A stretch of DNA of 64,000 bases from the NCBI GenBank assembly GCA_963662285.2, contig CAXXMV010000006.1:1760001-1824000 (forward strand), read 5' to 3'. Within the stretch, counting starts at the first letter, position 1. Every line of letters begins with the position of its first letter. The DNA is from a bacterium (GTDB lineage: Bacteria > Hinthialibacterota > Hinthialibacteria > Hinthialibacterales > Hinthialibacteraceae). Below are positions 31,321 to 41,347 of the stretch, piece after piece. The notes beneath the pieces were generated by a model, which saw only the letters and a program-made list of their open reading frames with translations, was not told the DNA's origin and ran no database searches. The translations under genes were made by a program, and so were the position numbers.

Positions 31321-33810
31321 GTGGGTACGATTTCATCATTACTTAAACGGGCATCTTGGTTAATTAAACTGATGTGGCGGGAACGCCCTAATATAATCAA
31401 TAATCCTATCATACTGCGCGAATTGGTCGCGCAACTACGTAAAAAGCAATCCTTCTTCTATCTGTTTCTATTTGTAGGCGCTGGAATTCTGTCGTTTCTT
31501 GGTTTCTGGAATTCTTTTCTTAATTATAAAAGTATTTACTCACGTGACTTTACCCGTGAGTTTTTAATAGGATTAACTTTGATTCAAGGTGTAATTCTTC
31601 TACTAATCGCACCATTACTCAGCGCTACAGCATTTTGTCTGGAGAAAGAGCGGGAAACCTGGGATTTACTCAGAACCTCGCCTATCAATCTAGCCAGCAT
31701 TTTATTAGGCAAGTTTATATCATCGATTCTGTTTGTATGGATCATTATGTTATCCATGATCCCGGTATTCAGTTTGATTATGCCTTTTGGCGGGGTATCT
31801 CCAGCAGAGATAACCGCAATTTTCTGTGTATTCACTGAAGGCATCATCATCGCCACTTTGATAGGTCTGTACTGCTCAATCAGGTGGAAGAAGACGATAC
31901 AAGCCATTTCGTTCTCATATATATTCTGTTTTATCTATTTCCTGGCCTTGCCTATTGCGCCTGCTTTCTTTTTGCGCCGTTATGATGAGTTAGGAGTAAT
32001 AATATCACCTATTGCTTTGTTGTTTCCTATTGTTTTGGGTAATAATATATTTATGTCTTTGACTACGTATCAAATGCTTAATATTCATTTACTCTATGCA
32101 GCAACGGTTATTACCATTCTGGTCATTCTATGCTTATCGCGATTACAACCGCAAATGAATTTAGGTTTTGATAAATACCATGATCGTTTGGATGATTTAT
32201 TTACAAAATTATTAACGCCATTGAGCCGGGTAATGGGGAATCCTCTGTTTCTGATTTTTTTTACTCTGACTCTATATGGATTATGGTCTTTCATATACAT
32301 TTTCAATAATTCACATATCGGTTTTGTTCCTAATCCTGATTTTAATTGCATAATTTTGTTGATAATGTGCATTGCGGTTGGCTTGTTTTTTCCTTTATGT
32401 TGCAGCGTTAAATATTATCTTCTATGGAAAGAGGAACCCTGGGATAAAATCGGTTCGACTCCGCAAAGTTTGCGCCGATTTCTCTTTCATCAATACAAAG
32501 AACCATTGAAAACGTTTTTTATTCTGTATTTAGTTTTCAGCCCATTGCTTGGATATTTTGCATTTATATCTCCTATAATTTTATATTTTAGAATAGGATC
32601 ATTCCTTTTTTTCACTGAAGGAGTTTTGGCTATTGCCGTAATCTGCATGTGCTGTTCGTTGATGGTGAAAAGACTGCTATCAGTTTTCCTTCTTTCAATA
32701 GTGGGCTGTTTATCATATTTCCTTTTCGCTCCCTTATTATTTATACCTGCAAGTGAAGATTTGGGTTCTGCTATATCGCCAGTTTCTTTAGCCATGCAAG
32801 TTCTGAAAGAACCATCAGCAATTTGGTATTTAATGTCCACTAATTTGCTTTATTCAGTAATCTTGTTCGTATCAGCCGTTCTCTTTTGCCAATGGAGAGT
32901 ATTGCAATTAGCAGGGCAATTCGAGGAAGAATCGGTTATGCAATGGTTTAAGCGTACTATTTATAATAAGATTCCCAAAATCCAACGCACCGCCCGAAGA
33001 ATCAGCATCCCCTTTTTCCCAGATAACCGGAATCCCATAATGATCAGGGAACTGCGTGAATCATTTCTTTATAAACGTAAGAATCTAGTTAGAATGTTAT
33101 TATTTTTATTTCTTGGCAGTTCGTTGTTTTTCTGTTTTATTCCTATGACATTAAGGTCAAAATATACTTCGCTTTTGCATGGGATTAATTACATACTGAT
33201 ATGGGCTGTATTGTTTATTCCGTTCTTTGTCGCTCCCTTTGCAGCTAGTTCATTCAGGAAAGAACGGGATCAATCCACCTGGGATTTGATTTGTACAACA
33301 ACTCTCTCACCGCTGAAAATCCTCCATGGCAAAATATTGGCTTCGTTCAGCCATTCAATAGTACGCTATGCAGTTTTCTTCTTTCCAATTGCTATAACTG
33401 CCTGGATTGCAGTATCTTATGCTGGCCGTGACAGTGCTCGAATTATCGAGATTTTTTATAATTCCATCATAATTTCGCTGGTCTTCGCCAGTTTTATGTT
33501 GATGTTTTCCATCATGATGTCGGTAATAATGGATAAGACGGTTGGAACTTATATCGCTTCTTTTTTCGTAGGAATTTTAATCATGGCATGTCCCATTATC
33601 TTATTTGCACTCTTTGGACAGACTATTAAAATGATGGAACTGGCAAGTAAAATATCTCCCCCATTTTTAATAGGTTCATTAGCATGGGAGAATAACTCAA
33701 GTTGGATAACGTCATCTTATCATACCTTCCTAGTGTCATACAGCATCCTCACAATCCTTTGCTATTTTCTCAGCCTGTTTTATATAAAACGCTATGAATA
33801 CCGGGATTGA
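31321..33810 (+). CDS. ABC-2-type transporter permease with internal repeats
   Basis: NPIILREL...EKERETWDLL and NPIMIREL...ERDQSTWDLI repeats; many TM helices. Confidence 0.75.
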   Translation: MGTISSLLKRASWLIKLMWRERPNIINNPIILRELVAQLRKKQSFFYLFLFVGAGILSFLGFWNSFLNYKSIYSRDFTREFLIGLTLIQGVILLLIAPLLSATAFCLEKERETWDLLRTSPINLASILLGKFISSILFVWIIMLSMIPVFSLIMPFGGVSPAEITAIFCVFTEGIIIATLIGLYCSIRWKKTIQAISFSYIFCFIYFLALPIAPAFFLRRYDELGVIISPIALLFPIVLGNNIFMSLTTYQMLNIHLLYAATVITILVILCLSRLQPQMNLGFDKYHDRLDDLFTKLLTPLSRVMGNPLFLIFFTLTLYGLWSFIYIFNNSHIGFVPNPDFNCIILLIMCIAVGLFFPLCCSVKYYLLWKEEPWDKIGSTPQSLRRFLFHQYKEPLKTFFILYLVFSPLLGYFAFISPIILYFRIGSFLFFTEGVLAIAVICMCCSLMVKRLLSVFLLSIVGCLSYFLFAPLLFIPASEDLGSAISPVSLAMQVLKEPSAIWYLMSTNLLYSVILFVSAVLFCQWRVLQLAGQFEEESVMQWFKRTIYNKIPKIQRTARRISIPFFPDNRNPIMIRELRESFLYKRKNLVRMLLFLFLGSSLFFCFIPMTLRSKYTSLLHGINYILIWAVLFIPFFVAPFAASSFRKERDQSTWDLICTTTLSPLKILHGKILASFSHSIVRYAVFFFPIAITAWIAVSYAGRDSARIIEIFYNSIIISLVFASFMLMFSIMMSVIMDKTVGTYIASFFVGILIMACPIILFALFGQTIKMMELASKISPPFLIGSLAWENNSSWITSSYHTFLVSYSILTILCYFLSLFYIKRYEYRD

Positions 33811-33897
33811 CATGGCGCCGGAAAGTTAATGAAATACACATGATGAAATTAGCGTATAATATTATGAAGAAGGCATTCCGATATTGAGGAGTTATTC

Positions 33898-34122
33898 ATG
33901 TTTGACGAAATTACAAGCAAGCGGGTGAAATTGATATCGCTTTGCATAGTTCTCTTGATGTTTGGAGTTTTTCTGGGCAAGAACTATACTCCGACAGCGG
34001 TCTGGATATTCTTCTGGACTCCCACTGTTCCCCTGATCGTAATCGCGTTGTTATGTTTCCTGCTGGGAGGCTTCTGCGGTTGGGCGTTAACTTATTTCAT
34101 GAAAAAACGGATTGATTTTTAA
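33898..34122 (+). CDS. Small two-TM LapA/DUF1049-like protein
   Basis: F..KN..P..V.IFFW...PL.V..LL..LLG pattern; GAGGAG RBS. Confidence 0.65.
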   Translation: MFDEITSKRVKLISLCIVLLMFGVFLGKNYTPTAVWIFFWTPTVPLIVIALLCFLLGGFCGWALTYFMKKRIDF

Positions 34123-34218
34123 CCTTGGCGGCCACGCAGAAGAAAGTTATACATAGATATCTTGCTGGTTACCGATATAAAATTTCAGAACCGCTTTATT
34201 CCTCGATTGTTTGATCTT

Positions 34219-34551
34219 CTATTTAACTGAATCGACCGCCGACTCAACCGACTCGAACATAGGAAACATAGAATCCAGATTAGTTGTATGGAAAATCCTG
34301 CTGACATGTTCATTGGCGTTGGCAAATACAATCTTACCGTCTCCAAGAGACTTATAAGCAGATAGAAAAATAGATAATGCCTTACTATTTAAACTATCCA
34401 TCTGTTGGCAATCAACAACTATCTTTTTTTTCCCTTCACGCAGCACCCGGTTAAGAGCTGATTTTAATGTCGATACATCTGAAAACGATATTGACCCAGA
34501 AACCTTGAACAGCGTCACATCTCCAACAGCAGATTTCTCTAGGCGCATCAT
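34219..34551 (-). CDS. STAS domain anti-sigma factor antagonist
   Basis: 110-aa STAS fold pattern (IVVDC..MDSLNS, FESVESA). Confidence 0.85.
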   Translation of the reverse strand: MMRLEKSAVGDVTLFKVSGSISFSDVSTLKSALNRVLREGKKKIVVDCQQMDSLNSKALSIFLSAYKSLGDGKIVFANANEHVSRIFHTTNLDSMFPMFESVESAVDSVK

Positions 34552-34841
34552 AGCCCGAACCTCAACTTAATTAACCCAATTTTTGATTAACAGTATTGAA
34601 TACTCTCCAATCAATACCCTTATTTCAACATAAAATTGATAAATTAGCAATCGATATTTTCAAAAGATTGGAAAAAGTTAGAATATTTCCTACCTATCTA
34701 TAAAAAAATCATAACTTATACTGCAAAGTAAGGCGTTTTTCTGCATGCAGCCATAGATTATGAAGATATATTTTGCTTACCATAATATAATTATTGTTAT
34801 AATAATGTTCACGTTTGGCCATTATTCATAGGAGTTTTATT

Positions 34842-37412
34842 ATGTCGCGGCGTAATCATCTATTATTATTCTTGTTATTGATTCTTAGTGCACCGGCCAT
34901 AAGCGCTGATATACCAGCCCCTAAAGATGCTATTGGATTTGAGGTTGGCGCTGATTATAAATTAGCCCGCTGGGAGCAAATCGTAGACTATTTTAAGGCG
35001 GTCGGCTCTCAATCAGATAGGGTATTAGTCAATGAAATTGGCCGTAGTACTGAAGATAATCCCTATATTATGGCTGCCATCGCCTCTCCGGATGTGATTA
35101 AGCAACTAGATAAATACCAGGACATGCAGCAGAAACTGTCTCATCCAGGCGGTTTAAGTGAAGATGAGAAGCAAAATCTACTAAAAAAATCCAAATCTGT
35201 GATTATGGTCTCATGCGCTTTACATTCAAACGAGATTGCTTCCTCGCAGATGGCTATGGAACTGTTGTATGAATTAGCCACCCGGAATGATGCCAAAACC
35301 AAGGAAATACTTGATAATACTATTGTTCTGCTGGTTCCTTCCGCTAATCCTGACGGCATCAACAAAATTATCGATTGGTATGAAAGCAGTTTGGATAAAC
35401 CTTGGGAAGGCAGCGGTATGCCCTGGTTGTATCAAAAGTACTGTGGACATGATAACAACCGCGACTGGTTTATGCTTTCTCAGAAAGAATCACAAATTCT
35501 GACCAAAGTGTTATATCACCAATGGTATCCAAGCATCATTTATGACATTCATCAGATGGGCAGCGAGGGCTGCCGCTTTTTCGTTCCCCCGTTTTTTGAT
35601 CCGATCAGCCCCAATGTCGACCCATTAATACACGAGTCGCTTAAATTGATCGGCGGCGCCATGACTTCCCAGTTTGCTGCAGAAGGTAAAAGAGGAATAA
35701 TCAGCAATGCTATCTACGATAACTGGTGGCATGGCGGCAACCGTACTACGCCCTATCGCCATAATATTGTGGGACTTCTGACCGAAGCGGCCAGCCCGCG
35801 CGTCGCTTCGCCGATTTTCCAACGCGAATCAGACCTCTCAGGACATTCGCGCGGTCTGCCTAAATATAGTCCCCAGGTTAACTTCGCCGATCCCTGGCCG
35901 GGAGGCTGGTGGCGTCTGCGGGATGTTGTTGAATATGAAAAGACCGCCTGTTACGCCTTATTCACGCTTGGGGCGCGTTATCGCTCTGAATTCAACCGTA
36001 ATTATATGGCAATGGGAGAAAAAGCCATCCGCTTGGGTAAGGAAGAACCGCCTTTCGCTTACCTTGTTCCACCAACCCAACGAGATTTCCCCTCAGCTAT
36101 ACGCTTGTTACAGATACTTCATTTGGGCGGTATTGAGATAGATATCGCTCAGGAATCGTTCAAAGCGGATGGCGTTGAGTATCCTAAAGATACGTATGTC
36201 ATCTATGCCGCGCAACCCTATCGCAACCATATCCGCGACTTGCTTGATCCCCAGGAGTATCCTGACCGGAAGCAATATCCTGGCGGCCCGGCGGAAGCGC
36301 CATATGATATGGCTGGTTGGACATTGTCTTACCAAATGGGAGTTAGGGCCGTCCGGATTAAAAGCGTTTTTGAAGCCAAGACGCAGCATTTGGATCGCAT
36401 CGAACAACCCAAAGGCTCTATCACGGGTGAGGGAACTATCTTTTTATCTACCAATCAAACCACCAACGATTTTATCATGTTGAATCGTGCGCTGAAGAAA
36501 GATATTCATACGGTTGTTTTGAAAGGACTTAAAACAGAAGAAAAGCTTAATACTTCAGGATCAATCGTATATCTACCTAAAGCAGACGCAGAACATTGGA
36601 TTAAAGAATGGGCTGAAGAATTGGGATTACATCTGCAATCAATGAAAAACGTTCCCAGCGGTTTTGATTCAATCAAGATAGAAAAACCGCGCATCGCTTT
36701 GTATCAACCTTGGACGGCCAGCATGGATGAAGGCTGGACCCGTTTTAGCCTGGAGCAATTTGAATTTGATTATACATCATTGCACAATGCAGAAATTCAG
36801 GCGGGTGAATTGAACCAACGCTATGACGTGATCCTGATTCCCGACCTGGGAATCAGCAGCATCCTCGATGGACTCAAAACTAATACCACTGCTCCACAAT
36901 ATACTGGCGGCATAGGTGAAGAGGGCGTTGCTCAATTACAAAAATTTGTCGCTAATGGAGGGCGCTTGTTGTGTATTGATAGTTCAACAGCCTTTGCTAT
37001 AAAGTATTTTGACTTGCCAGTCAAGAATGTACTAGCCGGATTGAAAAGCACTGATTTTTATTGTCCCGGATCGATCCTGCGCATCAGCCTTGATCAAGAA
37101 CTACCGATTGCTTATGGCATGGATCAATACGCCGGGGCCTGTTTCAAGCATTCGTTAGCCTATGAAGCGATCGAGACTAAAAAGAATTTGACCGGAGTAA
37201 AAGTTGGTAATCCAATTATCTCAGCAGTGTACGATAATACCTTGCCGTTGATGAGCGGTTGGGTTCTAGGCGCTCATCATCTACACGGGAAAGCTGCAAT
37301 TATGACGGTTCCCTATGGTGAAGGGGATATTGTACTGTATGGCTTCCGTGTGCAGAACCGCGCTCAAACGCATGGGACGTACCGCTTGTTATTTAACGGA
37401 TTGCTGTATTAG
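34842..37412 (+). CDS. Secreted M14 zinc carboxypeptidase-family protein
   Basis: Signal peptide; HSNE, NPDG, DNNRD, DIHQ; PYD.AGW; AGGAG RBS. Confidence 0.88.
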   Translation: MSRRNHLLLFLLLILSAPAISADIPAPKDAIGFEVGADYKLARWEQIVDYFKAVGSQSDRVLVNEIGRSTEDNPYIMAAIASPDVIKQLDKYQDMQQKLSHPGGLSEDEKQNLLKKSKSVIMVSCALHSNEIASSQMAMELLYELATRNDAKTKEILDNTIVLLVPSANPDGINKIIDWYESSLDKPWEGSGMPWLYQKYCGHDNNRDWFMLSQKESQILTKVLYHQWYPSIIYDIHQMGSEGCRFFVPPFFDPISPNVDPLIHESLKLIGGAMTSQFAAEGKRGIISNAIYDNWWHGGNRTTPYRHNIVGLLTEAASPRVASPIFQRESDLSGHSRGLPKYSPQVNFADPWPGGWWRLRDVVEYEKTACYALFTLGARYRSEFNRNYMAMGEKAIRLGKEEPPFAYLVPPTQRDFPSAIRLLQILHLGGIEIDIAQESFKADGVEYPKDTYVIYAAQPYRNHIRDLLDPQEYPDRKQYPGGPAEAPYDMAGWTLSYQMGVRAVRIKSVFEAKTQHLDRIEQPKGSITGEGTIFLSTNQTTNDFIMLNRALKKDIHTVVLKGLKTEEKLNTSGSIVYLPKADAEHWIKEWAEELGLHLQSMKNVPSGFDSIKIEKPRIALYQPWTASMDEGWTRFSLEQFEFDYTSLHNAEIQAGELNQRYDVILIPDLGISSILDGLKTNTTAPQYTGGIGEEGVAQLQKFVANGGRLLCIDSSTAFAIKYFDLPVKNVLAGLKSTDFYCPGSILRISLDQELPIAYGMDQYAGACFKHSLAYEAIETKKNLTGVKVGNPIISAVYDNTLPLMSGWVLGAHHLHGKAAIMTVPYGEGDIVLYGFRVQNRAQTHGTYRLLFNGLLY

Positions 37413-38151
37413 CCAGTTCAACCACCCGGCTAATACGCTCCTGGTCGGTAATGGAGATTTCATATTCTGAATTATCCGGGTGACCTCCCATGGAAACATG
37501 GGGATTGCGATAGGTCATTTGGCTATTGATGGTTTTACGGCAGGATGCGTGACATTCTCTTACGCCAGTTTTTTGAATGATTTCGACGATGTTATCTTCA
37601 TTAACGCCGCTGCCCGGCATAATGCGGATGCGTCCGGCGGAGCATTGAACCAGCCGGGCGATTAATTCGATCCCATCGATGGCTTGGTTCCTCTGGCCGG
37701 AAGTGAGGATGCGATCCAGCCCCAGCTCAATCAGGTCATCAAGCGCTTTGAGCGGATCAGAGGTCATATCGAAAGCCCGATGAAAGGTGGTTTGCATGGG
37801 ATGCGCCAGCTCGACAAGTTTACGGTTGCGCGGCATATCGATCTGACCATCAGGCGTCAATATACCAAACACCACCCCGTCGCAACCGCAGTCTTTAGCG
37901 GTTTGAATATCGCGCTGCATGATATCGAATTCAATTTGTGAATAACAGAAATCGCCGCCCCTAGGACGTATAATGGGGAAAACTTGAATCTGTAATTTCT
38001 CCCGCGCTGTTTGCATGGCGCCTGAACTGGGAGTCGTCCCGCCTTCGATCAGGTTATCACACAATTCAATTCTCCCGGCGCCGCCGTGCTGGGCGGCCAG
38101 AGCGGATTCCACAGAATTAGCGCATACTTCCAATGTGAAAATATCAGGCAT
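37393..38151 (-). CDS. cutC: Copper homeostasis protein CutC
   Basis: LEVC, RIELC..L.EGGTTPS, IRPRGGDF, TFHRAFD, RILTSG. Confidence 0.95.
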   Translation of the reverse strand: MPDIFTLEVCANSVESALAAQHGGAGRIELCDNLIEGGTTPSSGAMQTAREKLQIQVFPIIRPRGGDFCYSQIEFDIMQRDIQTAKDCGCDGVVFGILTPDGQIDMPRNRKLVELAHPMQTTFHRAFDMTSDPLKALDDLIELGLDRILTSGQRNQAIDGIELIARLVQCSAGRIRIMPGSGVNEDNIVEIIQKTGVRECHASCRKTINSQMTYRNPHVSMGGHPDNSEYEISITDQERISRVVELANTAIR

Positions 38152-38250
38152 AATAGTCTTTCTTGATAGGATGGTTTTTAAGATTTTATCTTGAAATAAA
38201 TTCCAATACCAGAAGCAGAATAAATCATACGATATTATATATTAATCATA

Positions 38251-38279
38251 TTGACTTATCTATATTTATGTTTTAGATT
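38251..38279 (+). promoter_or_regulatory. Putative sigma70 promoter
   Basis: TTGACT-17 nt-TAGATT upstream of the GAF gene. Confidence 0.4.
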
Positions 38280-38335
38280 ACAAATCATGTTGCTTTATAA
38301 TATTGTGATGCAAAATTAAAGGGGTTGCGCTTCTC

Positions 38336-39296
38336 ATGGTTAGACAAGGAAATATCACAACTGAAGCGCTGAATGTTTTGGCCTCACGTATTCTGGCGCT
38401 CCTTAGTTCAGGCAAGCCCACAGAGAGGATGATTACCGATGTCGTTTTGCTGGTGCAGGAAGCGACCGGAATGGAAAGCGTTGGTCTGCGTCTGGCGCAA
38501 GAACCGGATTTCCCCTATTACTATACCAGTGGTTTTGATCAGGATTTCGTAGAGAAGGAGATGCACCTCTGCGCGGTGGATCAGTTAGGGGAAATCATCC
38601 GTGACTCAGATGGCAATCCCGTGCTCGAATGCATGTGCGGCAACGTCATCTGCGGAAGGACGAATCCATCACTGCCGTTTTTTACAGAAGGGGGCAGTTT
38701 CTGGTCGAACTGTACAACTGAATTGCTGGCTTCGACCACAGAAGAGGATCGCCAGTCAAGAACCAGGAACCGCTGTAATAGCGAAGGATACGAATCAGTT
38801 GCTCTTATCCCTGTTAAGGCTGCTGGGAAATGCTTCGGGCTTCTGCAACTCAATGATCACCGCAAGGATATGTTCACAAAAGAACTGATTTGCTTCCTTG
38901 AAGGAGTGACCGTGAATATCGGTCTCCTTTTCTCAATGCATAAGATGACGGAACAACTGGCGAAGAAACAGCCAGGCTGCTGATATCAGCCGCACCGTAA
39001 CCGTGCGAAGTGAATTGCTGAAAAGACTGGCCGATGAACTCAAGGGGAAAAGTAAAGAACTGACCGCTAAACGTAAAGAGAGCATACTGACCAAAATCGA
39101 CTCTATCCTGGATGAAGTGGAAACCCTGCAAGGAATAGTGCCGATATGCTGCGTCTGCAAGCGCGTCAGGATTGACACGGACTACTGGACCCAGGTGGAA
39201 GCATTCGTCCGTAACAGAAGCAAACTGGAATTTTCCCATACCTACTGCCCGGTATGCGCCGCCAAAGCGCTTGAGGAACTGGATAAGAAGGAGTAG
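38336..39296 (+). pseudogene. GAF-domain protein with C-terminal CxxC...HxxCxxC domain, split by a +1 frameshift (ORFs 38336-38983 and 39003-39296)
   Basis: The second frame is open from 38949; removing one A in AAGAAAC joins ...EQLAK to NSQAADISRTVTVRSELL...; the C-terminal LQGIVPICCVCKRVR...FSHTYCPVC domain is normally fused to sensor domains. Confidence 0.65.
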
Positions 39297-39326
39297 TAAC
39301 AACTTTTAGGCTGCATAAAACTCAAT

Positions 39327-39791
39327 ATGCTAAAAATCAAACCGCATCATTTCATAGACATCATAACCAAATTCGGAGACGGCTGCGAGAAATTTAATCC
39401 GCATCCTTATGGTCATGCGGTGCATAGTGTGGCAGAGGAAATTCTGGCTGACCGGGATATTGATATTTGCATTGAACTGGGGATTGATGATATCTGCCTT
39501 CCTTGCAGCCATAATATTGATGGGCGCTGTGATGATATAATCGACGTTTCGTTCAGGCCGCAGGCGCCTGAGTCTAAGCATGACTATAACCTGATCATTG
39601 ATATGCGTTGGTGCGAGCGGCTTGGGCTACTGCAGGATGAGCAGTTAACCGCCCGTGAGTTTTGTTTACGCATCCGGGATTACGCTGGCGACATTGAAGA
39701 TATTTACCGGGAAACTCCTGTAGATCGAACATTGGAAAGACAGGGTAAAATGCGGAAGGGAATTGCGAAGTTTTTGGAACAAGCGAAGTAG
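39327..39791 (+). CDS. DUF1284-like metal-binding protein
   Basis: MLKIKPHH start; DDICLPCSHN...C motif. Confidence 0.6.
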   Translation: MLKIKPHHFIDIITKFGDGCEKFNPHPYGHAVHSVAEEILADRDIDICIELGIDDICLPCSHNIDGRCDDIIDVSFRPQAPESKHDYNLIIDMRWCERLGLLQDEQLTAREFCLRIRDYAGDIEDIYRETPVDRTLERQGKMRKGIAKFLEQAK

Positions 39792-39893
39792 GATGTGATG
39801 GCGACTCAGGCTCAGTTATACCGCCGTTGCCGCCGTCATCGATATAGCATTTTGATGCTGCTTAATAAAAGGTTAATAATTAGAAGAGGCCTT

Positions 39894-39918
39894 ATGTGTA
39901 ACACATTGGTTTACACAT
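39894..39918. promoter_or_regulatory. Inverted repeat, probable HigA autoregulatory operator
   Basis: ATGTGTAA-9 nt-TTACACAT immediately upstream of higB. Confidence 0.6.
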
Positions 39919-39943
39919 TAAGCGATTTGTGGTAACATTAAAT

Positions 39944-40219
39944 ATGATTAAGAGTTTCAGTCATATAGGTTTAAAGACACTCTTTTTGAAGGGAATCAGT
40001 TCTAAAGTGGATGCCTCTCTTCAACAACGATGTCTTATTCGTCTGGATGCAATAGACCAAGCTGAAAAATTGGCAGAACTCAACATTCCTGGATTTGATT
40101 TTCATGGTTTAGGGGGGAAACCAAAACGGTACTGCATCCATGTTAATGGTCCATGGTGTATTACTTTTGAGTGGATCGAGGGGGATGCATGGAGAGTGGA
40201 TTTAGAGCAATATCATTAG
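39944..40219 (+). CDS. higB: HigB/RelE-family toxin
   Basis: MIKSF.H.GLK.LF..G...PG..FH.L.G...IHVNGPWCITFEW...VDLEQYH. Confidence 0.9.
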   Translation: MIKSFSHIGLKTLFLKGISSKVDASLQQRCLIRLDAIDQAEKLAELNIPGFDFHGLGGKPKRYCIHVNGPWCITFEWIEGDAWRVDLEQYH

Positions 40220-40228
40220 GAGAACAAA

Positions 40229-40552
40229 ATGGTGGAAGAGTACTTGATTAATAAACGTCCAACCCGTGAGCCGACGCATCCGGGCGTAATTTTACGGGAC
40301 GATGTACTTCCTGCACTTGAATTGAGCGTAAGCGAAGCGGCCCGTCAACTTAGAGTATCCAGACAGACTTTACACCGTATTATGAAAGGCTCTCATGCCA
40401 TCTCTCCAGATATGGCAGTTAGATTGGGGAAATTTTGTGGAAATGGTCCAGGACTCTGGCTTCGTATGCAAATCAATTATGACTTATGGCATGCAGAAAA
40501 TGCTTTGAGAAAAGAAGTCAATATGATTCCTGCCCACACAATTAATGATTAA
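40229..40552 (+). CDS. higA: HigA-family antitoxin
   Basis: PTHPG.IL, HTH (VSEAARQLRVSRQTL), ISPDMAVRL, WLRMQ..YDL. Confidence 0.93.
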   Translation: MVEEYLINKRPTREPTHPGVILRDDVLPALELSVSEAARQLRVSRQTLHRIMKGSHAISPDMAVRLGKFCGNGPGLWLRMQINYDLWHAENALRKEVNMIPAHTIND

Positions 40553-40621
40553 TTTATAAAAATAATCTCATTATAACTTTCGCCCATTGCCAACCGCCGG
40601 AGAATTTATATTCAGCGAAGA

Positions 40622-40748
40622 AGCGAAGTAGGGACAAAGCAATTTAAACTCTCTCTATTTTAAGCACCTTGGCAGCGTTTCCCATCAAAACCACTGATTA
40701 GTTCAACACGATGGGACACGCTGGCGCTTTGTCCCATCCAACTTCGCT
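40622..40748. repeat. GTAG-type REP-like inverted doublet (degenerate forward copy plus intact reverse copy)
   Basis: Forward AGCGAAGTAG-GGACAAAGC..(insert)..CAGCGTTTCCCATC; reverse copy at 40709-40748 reads AGCGAAGTTGGATGGGACAAAGCGCCAGCGTGTCCCATCG. Confidence 0.65.
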
Positions 40749-40781
40749 AACGGCTTTGTCAGGTGCAAACTCTTGTTAGAT
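40745..40781 (-). other. Truncated attC site
   Basis: ATCTAAC-AAGAG-TTTGCACCTGACAAAGCC-GTTAGCG; only 37 bp, right arm missing. Confidence 0.55.
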
Positions 40782-41204
40782 GATGCTACCGCCTTTTGGC
40801 ATCTTCAGTGCCTTCTTCAAATTCTTCGAATTGTCCGGCTTTTTGTGCATTACGAGTTTGACGTAGTACGGCATTTTCGCCTCTGTTAAGTAGGCGGTGA
40901 CCTTATAGAGCGTATCGCTAAGAAACACTTCAGCTTGACCCTCGCGAGTTGGGTAGCCGTTTTTCGATGGGCGTATTTTGCCAAATGGAATAACAGTTCC
41001 GGCAGCCTTCAGATAAGTATTCAAACCGTCCGGCAGCGGCAGACCGTTCTGCGAATATTCATAAAATGGATTCCCCGCTTTGCTCTTCTTTTGGTGCACC
41101 GCGATACGGAAAGGATCAGAGTACCGCGCACTTTCGATATGATTTTCGTCGAGAAACTCCGTCCCCAAGTCGATAAGACGAACAGGGTCTCCTGAAGAGT
41201 GCAA
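40776..41204 (-). CDS. Cassette-encoded basic hypothetical protein (start possibly frameshifted)
   Basis: 142-aa ORF with stop inside the attC R'' box; RBS and ATG at 41247 are 1 nt out of frame. Confidence 0.65.
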   Translation of the reverse strand: MHSSGDPVRLIDLGTEFLDENHIESARYSDPFRIAVHQKKSKAGNPFYEYSQNGLPLPDGLNTYLKAAGTVIPFGKIRPSKNGYPTREGQAEVFLSDTLYKVTAYLTEAKMPYYVKLVMHKKPDNSKNLKKALKMPKGGSII

Positions 41205-41275
41205 AAACTCGACAACTACCGATTCTGGTGCTTCGGATATTAAACATACCCCCTACTTGTAATTGACTCACATTC

Positions 41276-41347
41276 ACCTAACGACCAAGCTCACCGGCGG
41301 CAATGGAGCGCAGCGGAATTGCCGTCCGGTGGAGCGCCTTGTTAGCC
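41276..41347 (-). other. attC site (72 bp, intact)
   Basis: GGCTAAC-AAGGC-GCTC(C)ACCGG(A)CGGCAAT-loop-ATTGCCGCCGGTGAGC-TTGGTC-GTTAGGT; perfect stem with two extrahelical bases. Confidence 0.92.
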
